This document shows, in pieces, positions 49,391 to 60,001 of a DNA stretch of 64,000 nucleotides. A program made the position numbers and the translations under genes. The notes under the pieces were generated by a model, which saw nothing but the letters and a program-made list of their open reading frames with translations, was not told where the DNA came from and did not search any database. Every line of letters starts with the position of its first letter. The stretch's first letter is position 1. The stretch is from an uncultured archaeon (GTDB lineage: Archaea > Asgardarchaeota > Lokiarchaeia > Sigyniarchaeales > SOKP01). The DNA lies in contig CAYLZE010000006.1 in the NCBI GenBank assembly GCA_964388035.1, forward strand, positions 1 to 64,000. The letters are read 5' to 3'.

Positions 49391-51226
49391 TTATTTCAAG
49401 AGATATGAACGAAGTTGTTGAATTATTCTGTCTATTGAGCGGTCGATTTTACTTCTACGCTTTTCAAAATCATCCGTTAACTTTTGATATGCGACTTTGG
49501 AAGGTAGCTTTCCCTTCTTGTAACGAACTTCAAGAAGCCTGAGACTATCATTCACGGAAAGTCTTTCTGCATCGAGTAATTCGAGTCTTTGAACAATATT
49601 TGCAAATGTATCATTAATTCCTGAGAGCACTTCTTTCAGGGGTTCTGTATCTTTTTTCAGTTCTTCTATTCTTGATTCATTTCGATCGATAGTGTTTTTA
49701 AATTTAGGTTTTGACACTCTCTTATATTTTAAATCTTCCAATAGGTTTCTATTTTCAATTAATAATGCGCTCCTTTCTTCATAAAGCAGGCAAAACTCTC
49801 TTATATCCGAAATGGGGAGGCGTTCTTCTTTGATAAAGGCAGCTTCTTCTCTCTTTCGAGTTTTAATAATGACCACAAAAATAGAGGCAATTGCCATTAA
49901 AGTTAATATTAAGATCATGACTGGCAAGAAGAGATCAAAAAAATCCAGAGTATATGTAAATTGAATTACTTTATTCTCTTTTGGACCTAGCAAGTTTTCA
50001 TTGTAAGTAATAATATCTCCGTCTATTGTATTCTCAAGCGCGTTGGGTGGGTGAGATATGTATGTAAATTGATGAGTTCCCTCGAGGACAATATTAATGG
50101 TTTGACTTCTACATAAAAAGTCAAATTTGGTGGTATAAATATTCATTCGGATGGATTCTTGGATCCAATTAAAGGTTAAGTATTTTCCAATAGGTAAATT
50201 ATATTCTAAGGTAAATCTAAATCTTGAATTTATAGGAATTATGGCTCGATTTTGGGTTAAATCGATAGTTACCTCTTTTTCAGGAAAAGTATAATTATAT
50301 GCTGGATTTATAGTTACTCCCTGAATTTCTCCTAATTCATCCGAAACGAAAATACTTTTAGCATCTCCGGGAATGGTAAAAGCTAAATCAGATACACTGA
50401 TTTCTCCCACATTTTCGACTAAAATATCATCAGTTACTTTTATGATTCCCCAAGGATTAATATATATTTCTCTATTCAAATCAAGAAGTTCCATTTTTGT
50501 TGTACTAGTTTCGGAAAAAGAAAGGGAGACATTCTCCTTTGAGCCTAGATTCCCTAAAAAAGGAGATAACTGCTTTTTTCCTCCACTGTAGGAACTAAAA
50601 TTATAAGTATATACATTTTCGCTTGACTCAGGTTCGACAAATGTCGACGTATCGGGAATTCTGAACGAAGAAACTATGCTTCCTTTGGCCACGTAAGGCA
50701 TTATCGGAAATATATATCCCGTATAGTTTATTTGTTGAGCGGATTGTACTATTCCATAATCCAGGAGATCCTTATATGTTTGAAGGATATATACATTGAA
50801 TTTCTCAAGAGGTAAAATAGGTTCATCAAAATATACTGAGATTAATTCAAATTGATCCACAATGATTGAATCGTACTGATATAATAAGGAACTTCCCTCC
50901 TTTCCGAGAACTTCCAGATAAATTAAATCATCTCGGTGATTTTTTGGGATTCCAAATAAAAAGGAATCTATAGGATTATCATTCACGTTCTGTATTTCTA
51001 TTTTATCTCCAATATCCACTAAGCCATAACTGCTAAAATTTACCTCTCTTTCTATAGCTGTTATTAAAATATTGTCAGTATCTTCTAACGAAGCAGAACT
51101 TTCTGGTTTTTGAATACTTCTCCTTTCTTCATTAGTGTTATTAGAATAGGAGGGAAAATTGCTCAATATTATGATACAAAATAAAAAGATAACCGAAAAG
51201 TAAATCAAGAAGAGTTTTTTGCGCAT
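49391..51226 (-). CDS. ribophorin I (OST1/RPN1)-like protein
   Basis: N-terminal signal, two luminal beta-rich repeats (REVNFSSYG; REIYINPWG.IKV.D.I.VENVG), one TM helix, cytosolic helical tail. Confidence 0.8.
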   Translation of the reverse strand: MRKKLFLIYFSVIFLFCIIILSNFPSYSNNTNEERRSIQKPESSASLEDTDNILITAIEREVNFSSYGLVDIGDKIEIQNVNDNPIDSFLFGIPKNHRDDLIYLEVLGKEGSSLLYQYDSIIVDQFELISVYFDEPILPLEKFNVYILQTYKDLLDYGIVQSAQQINYTGYIFPIMPYVAKGSIVSSFRIPDTSTFVEPESSENVYTYNFSSYSGGKKQLSPFLGNLGSKENVSLSFSETSTTKMELLDLNREIYINPWGIIKVTDDILVENVGEISVSDLAFTIPGDAKSIFVSDELGEIQGVTINPAYNYTFPEKEVTIDLTQNRAIIPINSRFRFTLEYNLPIGKYLTFNWIQESIRMNIYTTKFDFLCRSQTINIVLEGTHQFTYISHPPNALENTIDGDIITYNENLLGPKENKVIQFTYTLDFFDLFLPVMILILTLMAIASIFVVIIKTRKREEAAFIKEERLPISDIREFCLLYEERSALLIENRNLLEDLKYKRVSKPKFKNTIDRNESRIEELKKDTEPLKEVLSGINDTFANIVQRLELLDAERLSVNDSLRLLEVRYKKGKLPSKVAYQKLTDDFEKRRSKIDRSIDRIIQQLRSYLLK

Positions 51227-51412
51227 GTAATCAAGGAATCTAATTTTTTTTTTCTAATTTTTCTGTTACAATTAAATAATCTAATTTAAAAATTAATAAA
51301 AATTTATCAATATTTTAGAGGTTTTTAACTTTTTTTTCTTAAGTAACAATATTTTAATGGTTGTTTGTATTAAAGTCATAAAAGGAATATAATCATAATG
51401 TTCTGATGTAAA

Positions 51413-51637
51413 ATGTCAACTAATCGAAAAGCTTCTCGACGTAAGAGGAGACGACAAGGAAACACCCCGATGCCCATGGGAGGCGCGGGTTTAATGAGGT
51501 TTTTTGAAGACAGTTCAATCGGAATCAAGATAGGACCCATAACAACCGTTATTTTTGCAGGAATTTTAATCATAATCGTAATTTTAGCTCACTTGAATGT
51601 TTTCACGTGGTTATTTACGCCAGGGGCTGGAACTTAA
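51413..51637 (+). CDS. secG: preprotein translocase Sec61beta subunit
   Basis: AGLMRFFED..IGIKIGP followed by one TM helix. Confidence 0.9.
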   Translation: MSTNRKASRRKRRRQGNTPMPMGGAGLMRFFEDSSIGIKIGPITTVIFAGILIIIVILAHLNVFTWLFTPGAGT

Positions 51638-51693
51638 AATATTTCCAAGGTTATTTTTAAAAGACGATAATTAACGTATAGATTAGTCTACAC

Positions 51694-51990
51694 ATGGAAT
51701 TATCAAACTTTCAAAAGTTAATTCGGGATCTATATTTTCAAAAAGATAAAAAGAGAGGCATCCAAGGGACTTTTATCTGGCTTGTAGAGGAAGTGGGTGA
51801 ACTTGCACATCTTCTTAAAAATAAGGAATTAGATTTAAATAATATTTCTCAGGAATTAGCAGATATTATTGCATGGACCGCCTCTATTGCTAATCTATTA
51901 AATATCGATCTTCAAAAAGCTTTTGCCGAAAAGTATCCCTTAAAGTGTTCAAAATGTGGTCAAAATCCCTGTAATTGTCTTGAACAATAA
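51694..51990 (+). CDS. MazG-like nucleotide pyrophosphohydrolase
   Basis: WLVEEVGELA, QELADI, KYP..C..C..NPC.C. Confidence 0.9.
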   Translation: MELSNFQKLIRDLYFQKDKKRGIQGTFIWLVEEVGELAHLLKNKELDLNNISQELADIIAWTASIANLLNIDLQKAFAEKYPLKCSKCGQNPCNCLEQ

Positions 51991-52128
51991 TATTAATGTC
52001 TCTTTCTTTTAAATTTACGCATTGAATTTGCTCCTAAAAAGTATTCTTAGGGAGTATATTAAAAAAAGAAATAATATAACATGCTAGTTTATTCTAGATA
52101 CTTTAATTATTTATAACTCTATGGTAAC

Positions 52129-52893
52129 TTGATGAAGGAATATTTTAACAATTCTCAGCTAAAGAAAATTCATGAGGATGCAAAAGTTCATGAAAGTGCT
52201 TTTATCGATAATTTTAGTGTAATTGGTAAAGGGGTAGAAATCGAGAAAAATGTATATATTTCTTCAGGGGTTAAAATCTATGGAAAAGCACTAATACAAG
52301 AAAATGCTTATATTGGAGAAAATTGTATAATCGGGCATCCGATTAGAGAACATCTTCAACAATTAATCAGAGAAAAAATACCCGCTCACGATTCTGAAGG
52401 AGCTTTAGTAAATATTGGGAAAAGGTGTGTAATTCGTGCTGGAACCATCCTTTATTCCGGTACATCAATAGGAAATGATTCTCAGACCGGACATCATGTT
52501 TTAATTCGTGAAAACACGCAAATCGATGAAAAATCATTAATAGGTACAAAAACAGTAATTGATGGTAAAACGTCAATAGCTGCCGGAGCAAACATACAAA
52601 CAGGAGTCTATATCCCGTTGAATTGTAAAATTGGAGAGAACGTATTCATGGGACCTCATTCGTGCGAGACCAACGATAAATACATGGCACGTAAAGATCA
52701 GGAGCTTAGAGGACCTGTAATCGGTGATAACGTATCTTTAGGAGCAAATTCTGTTCTCTTACCTGGAATATATTTAGCAAAGGGGACGATGGTTGGTGCA
52801 GGATCAGTTGTAACCAAGGATACTGAGGAAAATGATATAGTTCGGGGCAACCCCGCACAATTTTTACGAAAAAAGCCAAAAAACTGGAAATGA
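52129..52893 (+). CDS. hexapeptide-repeat (left-handed beta-helix) sugar N-acyltransferase
   Basis: Hexapeptide repeats, TND, GAGSVVTKD, GNPA. Confidence 0.88.
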   Translation: MMKEYFNNSQLKKIHEDAKVHESAFIDNFSVIGKGVEIEKNVYISSGVKIYGKALIQENAYIGENCIIGHPIREHLQQLIREKIPAHDSEGALVNIGKRCVIRAGTILYSGTSIGNDSQTGHHVLIRENTQIDEKSLIGTKTVIDGKTSIAAGANIQTGVYIPLNCKIGENVFMGPHSCETNDKYMARKDQELRGPVIGDNVSLGANSVLLPGIYLAKGTMVGAGSVVTKDTEENDIVRGNPAQFLRKKPKNWK

Positions 52894-52946
52894 TCTCTTT
52901 TTTCCAGTTTATTACAAATTAAGAAAATGTAGGATTTGATAAGGGG

Positions 52947-54047
52947 ATGTCATTAGAAAGAAAGAGAATTTGGATAGATATCGAGGAACCTAAAACAGCA
53001 ATAATGTTCCGTTCATTAATTGATAAAATCTCGAAGGAAAAAGCTCGTATCTTAATAACTGCGCGAGATTACGATTCGACTTATCAAATTTTAGATGATT
53101 ATAATCTAGAATATGGAAAAATAGGGAAGTATGGGGGGCCCTCCCTAGAAGATAAATTACAAGCATACATCGAGCGCATATCTCAGCTTTATCCCATTAT
53201 AAAGTCATTTAATCCCAATTATTTCTTAACCTTTTCTTCGGTTGAGGGTGCACGAATCTCTTTTGGATTGAAAATTCCTTCTATTGGATATAATGATGAA
53301 CCCAGGAATGCTGCTGTGTGTAAATTGATTCTCCCACTTTTAGATAAGATATTGGTTCCAAAATGCGTACCCTTTGAAGATTATTTACAATTAGGAGCTA
53401 CCAAAGATAAATTAATACAATATAATGGTATAGATGAAATTGCATGGCTTTGGAACTATTCTCCTGATTCTACTATTCTTAATAAATTTCATCTCAAACC
53501 CAAAAAGTACATTATCTTACGAACTGAACCTTCCACTGCAAGTTATTTTTTAAATTCAATACCTCCCGAAAAAAGTTTAATTACAACCTTTTTTCCAAAG
53601 ATATTTCAAAATTATCCTAATTTTAAGTATTTAATTATCGCGAGAAGCATGCAACAAGAGAATTATTTGAAAAAGGAATTAAAACCCTTTTTGGAAAATG
53701 TTATAATCACCCGTTTTTTACCTAACATGGTTGATTTATGTTATCATGCCGCATTAGTAATTAGTGGAGGGGGGACTATTGTCAGAGAAGCTAGTCTTTT
53801 AAATACTCCTTGTATAGAATTTTTCCAAGGATATACTGCACCTCAAGAAGAATTTCTGATGGAAAATGGATTTCCAATTGAACATGTTAAAGATAGTAAC
53901 TTAATCGTGTCTAGAGCTCTGGAAATTCTTTCAAAATCTGCCAATTCTCACCAGTTTCAAGAGAGCTTTCGAGAGAAAATCAAAAGATTTGAAAATCCAA
54001 ACTTGATTTGTTTTAAAATCCTTAAAAAAGAACTGATAAAAACCTAA
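52947..54047 (+). CDS. DUF354 GT-B fold protein
   Basis: IWID, ITARD, SVEGARISFGL.IPS, SGGGT..REA. Confidence 0.85.
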   Translation: MSLERKRIWIDIEEPKTAIMFRSLIDKISKEKARILITARDYDSTYQILDDYNLEYGKIGKYGGPSLEDKLQAYIERISQLYPIIKSFNPNYFLTFSSVEGARISFGLKIPSIGYNDEPRNAAVCKLILPLLDKILVPKCVPFEDYLQLGATKDKLIQYNGIDEIAWLWNYSPDSTILNKFHLKPKKYIILRTEPSTASYFLNSIPPEKSLITTFFPKIFQNYPNFKYLIIARSMQQENYLKKELKPFLENVIITRFLPNMVDLCYHAALVISGGGTIVREASLLNTPCIEFFQGYTAPQEEFLMENGFPIEHVKDSNLIVSRALEILSKSANSHQFQESFREKIKRFENPNLICFKILKKELIKT

Positions 54048-54057
54048 GACATCCCGG

Positions 54058-55167
54058 TTATTGATTTAAAAAATTAGTATAAACTTGCTCCAATTTTTTC
54101 CCTACTGCTTTCCAAGTATACCGTTTAACAAATTCTTTAGAATTTCTGATGAGATCTTCTCTTTTTTCATCGTTTTTTAATATATTGATTATTCCTTGCG
54201 CTAATTTTCTTGGATCTCTTGGTCTAACAAATACAGCATTATCTTTTAGCACTTCCCTATATGCGAGTAAAGAAGAACATAGCACGGGCGTTCCGCAGGC
54301 AATTGCTTCTATGGGAGTTAATCCAAATCCTTCTCCGGCATGGGAATACGTTACAAATAAATCAGCCATAGAATAATACCAAGGTATTTCCTCTTCCGAA
54401 ACATGACCCAAAAATATGATATCTTTATATTTATTTTTCCAAGAATTATATTTTTTTTCCATGGTAAAATCAGGTAATCCCCCTATTATTAAAGTCACCT
54501 CATCAATCTCTCCTTTCACGATTTGATACGCTTGGATTAAATCTTCTACTCCTTTATATTTTGTAATACGTCCAATATATAATAGAACTTTTCCAGGGAT
54601 ATCCAAAGTTTCTCTTAATTTCTTTGCTTCTTCTGGATAAGGATGAAATTTATCCTCGATAGCTGAATACAAATTATAAATTCGGTCCTCATTTATCTGG
54701 GGATAAAAATACTTTATCTCCTTTTTGATAAAGCTAGAACAAGTAGTAATGAGAGAAGCTTTCTGTATTACATTTTTTATTAAGACTTTTTCAATAGGAA
54801 TTAAGGAAAAGTCCGTTTCCAAGGGTCCGAGGTCATGAATGGTAGAGATAAACTTCGTATTACTTTTAAAAAGAAGAGGTAGGGTACCTTTTGGACCATT
54901 ACAATGGATTATATCAAAGTGATTTGTTTGAATAAATTTTAAAACAGCTTGAATAAATTTGGGAACCCAAAAATAACTTCTTTTGAGGACATTAACTTGA
55001 AGAACATTCTCTTCCAGCAATTTATGAGTCCATAGGGCGGTAATTAACTTTACATCATGACCACGAGAATTTAGATAATTAAAAATACCCCGAAAAAACT
55101 TTGCGCTTCCATCTTGGCTGTCAGGACTAATAGTTAGAGAAACAAGCCCTATTTTCAATTTATCCAT
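54058..55167 (-). CDS. glycosyltransferase family 4
   Basis: GRITKYKG, EGFGLTPIEAIACGTPV. Confidence 0.92.
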   Translation of the reverse strand: MDKLKIGLVSLTISPDSQDGSAKFFRGIFNYLNSRGHDVKLITALWTHKLLEENVLQVNVLKRSYFWVPKFIQAVLKFIQTNHFDIIHCNGPKGTLPLLFKSNTKFISTIHDLGPLETDFSLIPIEKVLIKNVIQKASLITTCSSFIKKEIKYFYPQINEDRIYNLYSAIEDKFHPYPEEAKKLRETLDIPGKVLLYIGRITKYKGVEDLIQAYQIVKGEIDEVTLIIGGLPDFTMEKKYNSWKNKYKDIIFLGHVSEEEIPWYYSMADLFVTYSHAGEGFGLTPIEAIACGTPVLCSSLLAYREVLKDNAVFVRPRDPRKLAQGIINILKNDEKREDLIRNSKEFVKRYTWKAVGKKLEQVYTNFLNQ

Positions 55168-55199
55168 GCTATTTGTAATTAAAGTTGTTATTTCTCATC

Positions 55200-56300
55200 T
55201 CATGTAAGTTGCTCATGTCCATCCTTTGTAATAAGGATAGTTTCTTCACTCTGAGAAACATACTCGCCCTTCTTTTCCGCTAAAACGAAATGAGAATTAA
55301 TTTTTCCTTGTTGAAGGAGTTCCTGTAAGCCAAAAGCAACTCCCATTTGAAATTCTTCTGCTAACCATCGTTCTGCAAAAGGCAAGGTTTTATAATTCTC
55401 GTTGATAAATCCTAATATTTTTTTTGAACTTTTTCTCCTTAAGGGAACCCTTCCGGAATATGGATTTAATTCATATATGCTGCATGTATTTGTTCTGTGA
55501 ATCGAGCCCAAGCCGGTAGAAGCAAAGATTTCTACTCCAAAAATGTCTCCTTCCTCCATTAATTCTCCTCCTTGAGAACCTAATTCTGGTAAGGGTTTGT
55601 TTCCATGAACAATCCAACGCTCTATTTGATGTCCCCCTAATTCTTTTATGGGATTATATTTAAATCCCTTGACTATTTCTTCAATTTTTTTTCCAATTTT
55701 TTGAGTATGAGCTCCGGGTTTTGCCATCATTTTTGCGGCTTCAAGAGCAACTTGCGTGGCCTGAATGATGTTTTCTAGACGTTCAGAATTATTTAAATTC
55801 ACCGTAAAAGCAGTATCAACGATCCAACCTTCGATATGAACCCCCAAATCAATTTTAACAACATCTCCTTCCTCTATAGTGAGTTCATCATCTTTTAAAG
55901 GAGAAGTATAATGAGCAGCCACGTTATTTATACTTAAATTAACGGGAAATGCAAAAAAACCCCCCAATTCTCTGATTTTTGCTTCTGTTCGGGTAATAAT
56001 ATCAAGAGCCTTGATTCCTGCTTTAATTTCAGGTTTTATAAATTGTTTTACTTGTTTAGCAATTTCCCCTGCTTTCTTAAGGGATTCTACCTTTAATTTG
56101 ATCTCTTCTTCATTCTCTTTGGCCTCTTTTCCCTCTTTAGATGGTTTCTTAACATCTTGGGATGGTTTTTTGATCATTTCCTGCTTTACAGTTTTCTTTC
56201 CCCTTGCTCCAGATTTTTTCATAGTCTTTGAATCCGACATTTGGGATGGTGCATTCTTCGGTTTCTTCTTTTCTTCTTTTTCCGATTTTTTATCACTCAT
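55200..56300 (-). CDS. map: methionine aminopeptidase type II with Lys-rich N-terminal extension
   Basis: AFPVN, AAHYT, KIDLGVH..G.IVDTA, GGH, LPFAERWL. Confidence 0.93.
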   Translation of the reverse strand: MSDKKSEKEEKKKPKNAPSQMSDSKTMKKSGARGKKTVKQEMIKKPSQDVKKPSKEGKEAKENEEEIKLKVESLKKAGEIAKQVKQFIKPEIKAGIKALDIITRTEAKIRELGGFFAFPVNLSINNVAAHYTSPLKDDELTIEEGDVVKIDLGVHIEGWIVDTAFTVNLNNSERLENIIQATQVALEAAKMMAKPGAHTQKIGKKIEEIVKGFKYNPIKELGGHQIERWIVHGNKPLPELGSQGGELMEEGDIFGVEIFASTGLGSIHRTNTCSIYELNPYSGRVPLRRKSSKKILGFINENYKTLPFAERWLAEEFQMGVAFGLQELLQQGKINSHFVLAEKKGEYVSQSEETILITKDGHEQLT

Positions 56301-56505
56301 TAACTTTTTAAATGAAAAGATTCTTATCTTTTTTTGTTTTTTATCTTATTAATTCAAGGTTATAAAGCTTTATTGAGGTAGTTATTGATTTCCTTTTAAA
56401 AGAAAGGAAAATTTAAAATAAATAGAAGATGAAAAAATATAAAAACATAGAATTTTATCTTTATTTATAAGATCATACTACTCCTTATCATAGTTGATAT
56501 GAACC

Positions 56506-56877
56506 GTGAGTGAAAACATTTCCGAGCTCTTAGAAGCCCTTAAAAATTTAGAAGCAACGAATTCAGATATTCAAGGTAGTGCAATAGTTAGCGTACAAGG
56601 CCTTCCTATTTGTTCCGTTTTGAGCCAAAATAGCAATGAGGGAATCGTATCTGCCATGAGTGCCGCAATTTTGAGTGTGTCTGAAAGAGCTGTTGAGGAA
56701 TTGAAGCGCGGTCAACTTAAAAGGATCTTGATTGAAGGAAATGAAGGTCTAATTATTTTGTCCCGAGCAGGATCCAATGCAATTTTATGCACACTTGCAA
56801 AACCAAATTCTAGTCTAGGTATGGTTTTTATAAACATCCAGAGCATTAGTAAAAAAATTGCTCATTTATTGGACTAA
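56506..56877 (+). CDS. roadblock/LC7 (MglB/LAMTOR2-like) protein
   Basis: SAIVSVQGLPI, SAMSAAILSVSERAVEELKRG.L..ILIEG, LGMV. Confidence 0.92.
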   Translation: MSENISELLEALKNLEATNSDIQGSAIVSVQGLPICSVLSQNSNEGIVSAMSAAILSVSERAVEELKRGQLKRILIEGNEGLIILSRAGSNAILCTLAKPNSSLGMVFINIQSISKKIAHLLD

Positions 56878-57026
56878 TTACAGTAGATTTAAATCCCGAA
56901 TTTATAATTAATTGAATTTAGAAATTTATTGTTAATAAATAAGATCTTAAAATATAGATAACAAATTATGGGTTTTGCAATATTGTGGGAACAGAATCAC
57001 TCCTTACGAACATGTAAATCTAAGCA

Positions 57027-58643
57027 ATGCAACTGACAAATAAATTTAATCAAATCCAATCGCGTCTTAAAGAGGAAATTAAGCGGAATTCCCTAAATTT
57101 ACATGCCTTTTTTGACGAATGTAACATTCAAAGTCGGGAAGAGGCAATTCAAATCCAACTCGTGTTAAGGGAAATATTATTAGATTATCTAAATTCCACG
57201 GAATTTGACAAATTTAAAAGTGTTCTGCAATATCTTTCACGGGAGAATGATAAAGGGCTGATGATTTTTGCCGCTCCTTCAAATTTGAATGAATTTGTGG
57301 AGGGGATATTTTATCAAGGGTTATCACGGTATCTTGAATTAAAAGAATTTGAAAGCTTTAAAGAATTAGTATGCATATCTGACAAGGTAAATATATTTTT
57401 AACCACTGAAAAAATACCCGATCGTTTGGAAATTTTATCTAAATTGATTGTCAATTATATCAGAAAACTGAGTGAATCTTATCACACTGAAAGCTTGGGA
57501 GAAATAATTGAATCCATTCGATTTTTTAACCAATTTAATTTATTGACAAGAGATTTTACAGGAGTAGATATAAGTTTTATTGAAGAAACAAAAAGAGATC
57601 ACGTATTTTGCTCGAATTTAAAAGACTTATTCAATACAATTACAGATCCTTTAATATATTATATAAGAATGGATTTGCCAAGAATATTCTATGATTTCTT
57701 TATTAATAATCCTAATCCTTATTTTCCCGAACCTTTAACACTAGTACATTATATTAAGGATATTTTTCTCAATCAATATGCCATTTATGGCCTAAGCGTT
57801 AAAAATTTAGGGAATGTGGTAAAATTTTTAGAAGGGTTTGAAGAATACTTAAAGATTTTTCATCAAAATTCTGAAGGAGCAGATAAACTTATAGAATATT
57901 CTGTAGAACATAAATATAGAACTTATTCAATGTTTAACATGGAATATAAAAACACGGAATATAAAAGACATTTATTGAATCACTTGAATTTAAAGAAAAA
58001 TTTTCAAAAAATAAGGGATGAAGAAAATTACAATTTTTATTGTATATCCATGGTCATTCTTGGAGGACTAGGTCCACAGGGCCATGGATTTACCTATTCA
58101 ACTCCTAAAGGAGAGTTGATAGAAATATGTTCTGATCGAAAAGAACACGAAGCTATAATTATAAAGTACAAGCAATTTTTAAAACAGCAATTTTTAGAGA
58201 AATTAAAAAAAGAATTAATGACTTATAACATTGGACCTTCTACAATCGAGAAAATACTCTCATTTCTCAATGATCTATTAAAAAATAAAGAATTGATAAA
58301 TATTTATAAAAAAGAGCTAATCATCAATCAGCTTCATGATTTTTTATATGAAAACTTCTTGCAAGCAAAAAATAATGAGCAAGATTATGATTCCATAATT
58401 GAGCAAATTTCAAAAACTATTACCATTATATTACGACCAATAAATTTAGTAGATCAATTTAAATGTAGAATGGAGTTAATTGCTCAAAATAAAGTTAAGT
58501 CTGAGGATATTGCAAAATTAACGAGTCTTCGTGGCAAATCGCATTATGATGTATTACGGGAAAGATTTTTTTATCAATATGTTATTTCTTGGTTCTTTCA
58601 ATTATTTAAACAAAGGAGAATGAATATTTTAAATAAATTCTGA
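57027..58643 (+). CDS. hypothetical protein (538 aa)
   Basis: Long ORF with a glycine-rich island LGGLGPQGHGFTYSTPKGE. Confidence 0.75.
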   Translation: MQLTNKFNQIQSRLKEEIKRNSLNLHAFFDECNIQSREEAIQIQLVLREILLDYLNSTEFDKFKSVLQYLSRENDKGLMIFAAPSNLNEFVEGIFYQGLSRYLELKEFESFKELVCISDKVNIFLTTEKIPDRLEILSKLIVNYIRKLSESYHTESLGEIIESIRFFNQFNLLTRDFTGVDISFIEETKRDHVFCSNLKDLFNTITDPLIYYIRMDLPRIFYDFFINNPNPYFPEPLTLVHYIKDIFLNQYAIYGLSVKNLGNVVKFLEGFEEYLKIFHQNSEGADKLIEYSVEHKYRTYSMFNMEYKNTEYKRHLLNHLNLKKNFQKIRDEENYNFYCISMVILGGLGPQGHGFTYSTPKGELIEICSDRKEHEAIIIKYKQFLKQQFLEKLKKELMTYNIGPSTIEKILSFLNDLLKNKELINIYKKELIINQLHDFLYENFLQAKNNEQDYDSIIEQISKTITIILRPINLVDQFKCRMELIAQNKVKSEDIAKLTSLRGKSHYDVLRERFFYQYVISWFFQLFKQRRMNILNKF

Positions 58644-58749
58644 ACTTCTTGAAAGGATTTTTTATTTTTTTTTTCCATTCCACTTTGTCTTGAAAATTAT
58701 ATTGAAGCTTTCATTCTACTTATTAAAAATAGATTACTTTAGATTCTCA

Positions 58750-59790
58750 ATGCAATCGAAAAAAAAGTATTATCCTACGGGTAAATTAAGCCACGATGAA
58801 TTAACAAAATTGATTCAAGAATATGTTAAAGATCTTTCTATTAAAGATGAACGTGTGATATTAGGCAGCCAGATTGGTGAAGATGCCGCAGTAATTGATA
58901 TGGGGGATAAATACCTTATCTCAAAAACCGATCCCATTACCTTTGCAACGGATGAAATTGGATATTACGTTGTGAATGTTAATGTGAACGATGTGGTGTG
59001 CATGGGAGCAAAACCAAAATGGTTCCAATCTACCATATTACTTCCAGAAAAAAATACAGATGAATCTTTAATACAGAAAATTTTTAAAGATATACATGAT
59101 ACCTGTTTAAATTATGATATTACGGTTATTGGGGGGCATACGGAAATTACAACAAACCTAAATAGACCCTTGGTAATAGGATGCCTATTAGGAGAGGTAG
59201 AAAAAAAGGATTTAGTAACTACTGCAGGAGCTGAAGTTGGAGATGCTCTGGTGTTAACTAAAGGAATTTTCATAGAAGGGACGTCCATTATTGCAAGAGA
59301 AAAAGAGGATTTATTGAAAAAAAAAGGCTTTCAGCAAGATTTTATCGAGAAATGCAAGAATTTCTTATTTAACCCCGGAATTAGTGTTTATAATGAAGCA
59401 GTTTTAGCCCAGAAGTATTTTAAAATAAAGGCATTTCATGATCCTACCGAAGGGGGAATTGCTTGTGGAATTGCTGAAATGGCAAAAGCATCTCACACGG
59501 GTGTTTTAGTAGATCAAGAAAAGATCAATATTTTACCTGAATCGCAAGAGCTCAGTAAAACCTTCAATTTAAACCCTCTTAATACTATTTCATCTGGATC
59601 TTTATTAATCGCAATTGAAGAAGAGAATCATGACAAACTTATCCGCTTATTGGAAGAAAAAGGCATTTTTGCCAAAAAAATTGGAAATTTCATTCCTGAA
59701 AAAAAGCAATTACTAATAAAAAACCGGGAAGGGAAAATTATTCCAATGATATACTCAGAAATGGATGATATCCTTAAAATTTATAAATAA
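58750..59790 (+). CDS. AIR synthase/PurM-like family protein (HypE/ThiL-like)
   Basis: GEDAAV, KTDP, NDVVCMGA, GGHTE, HDPTEGG, ISSGSLL. Confidence 0.88.
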   Translation: MQSKKKYYPTGKLSHDELTKLIQEYVKDLSIKDERVILGSQIGEDAAVIDMGDKYLISKTDPITFATDEIGYYVVNVNVNDVVCMGAKPKWFQSTILLPEKNTDESLIQKIFKDIHDTCLNYDITVIGGHTEITTNLNRPLVIGCLLGEVEKKDLVTTAGAEVGDALVLTKGIFIEGTSIIAREKEDLLKKKGFQQDFIEKCKNFLFNPGISVYNEAVLAQKYFKIKAFHDPTEGGIACGIAEMAKASHTGVLVDQEKINILPESQELSKTFNLNPLNTISSGSLLIAIEEENHDKLIRLLEEKGIFAKKIGNFIPEKKQLLIKNREGKIIPMIYSEMDDILKIYK

Positions 59791-60001
59791 TGGGATGCGA
59801 TAGCACCAATCTTAATAAATACTTGGAATTTTAGTTATCCTTTATATTTTAATGTGATCATGATGAGTGGAAATTAGATGTATGTTTGACGGAAAGAAAT
59901 TAATGAAAAATGTCCTAAAATTTTTATTCTTAAAATTTAATTGTTAATTATATTAAAGTGATGTACATTCTTAATAACATAATTAGATATAAGATTATAA
60001 C

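Noticed and set aside
58750-59790. PurM-fold protein as selenophosphate synthetase (SelD)
   Set aside because: It lacks the N-terminal Cys/Sec-x-x-Lys motif and the DFF signature; the motifs fit the AIR synthase/HypE-like group
59855-59910. ATGATGA as the C box of a C/D sRNA
   Set aside because: No CTGA D box at a suitable distance and no terminal stem
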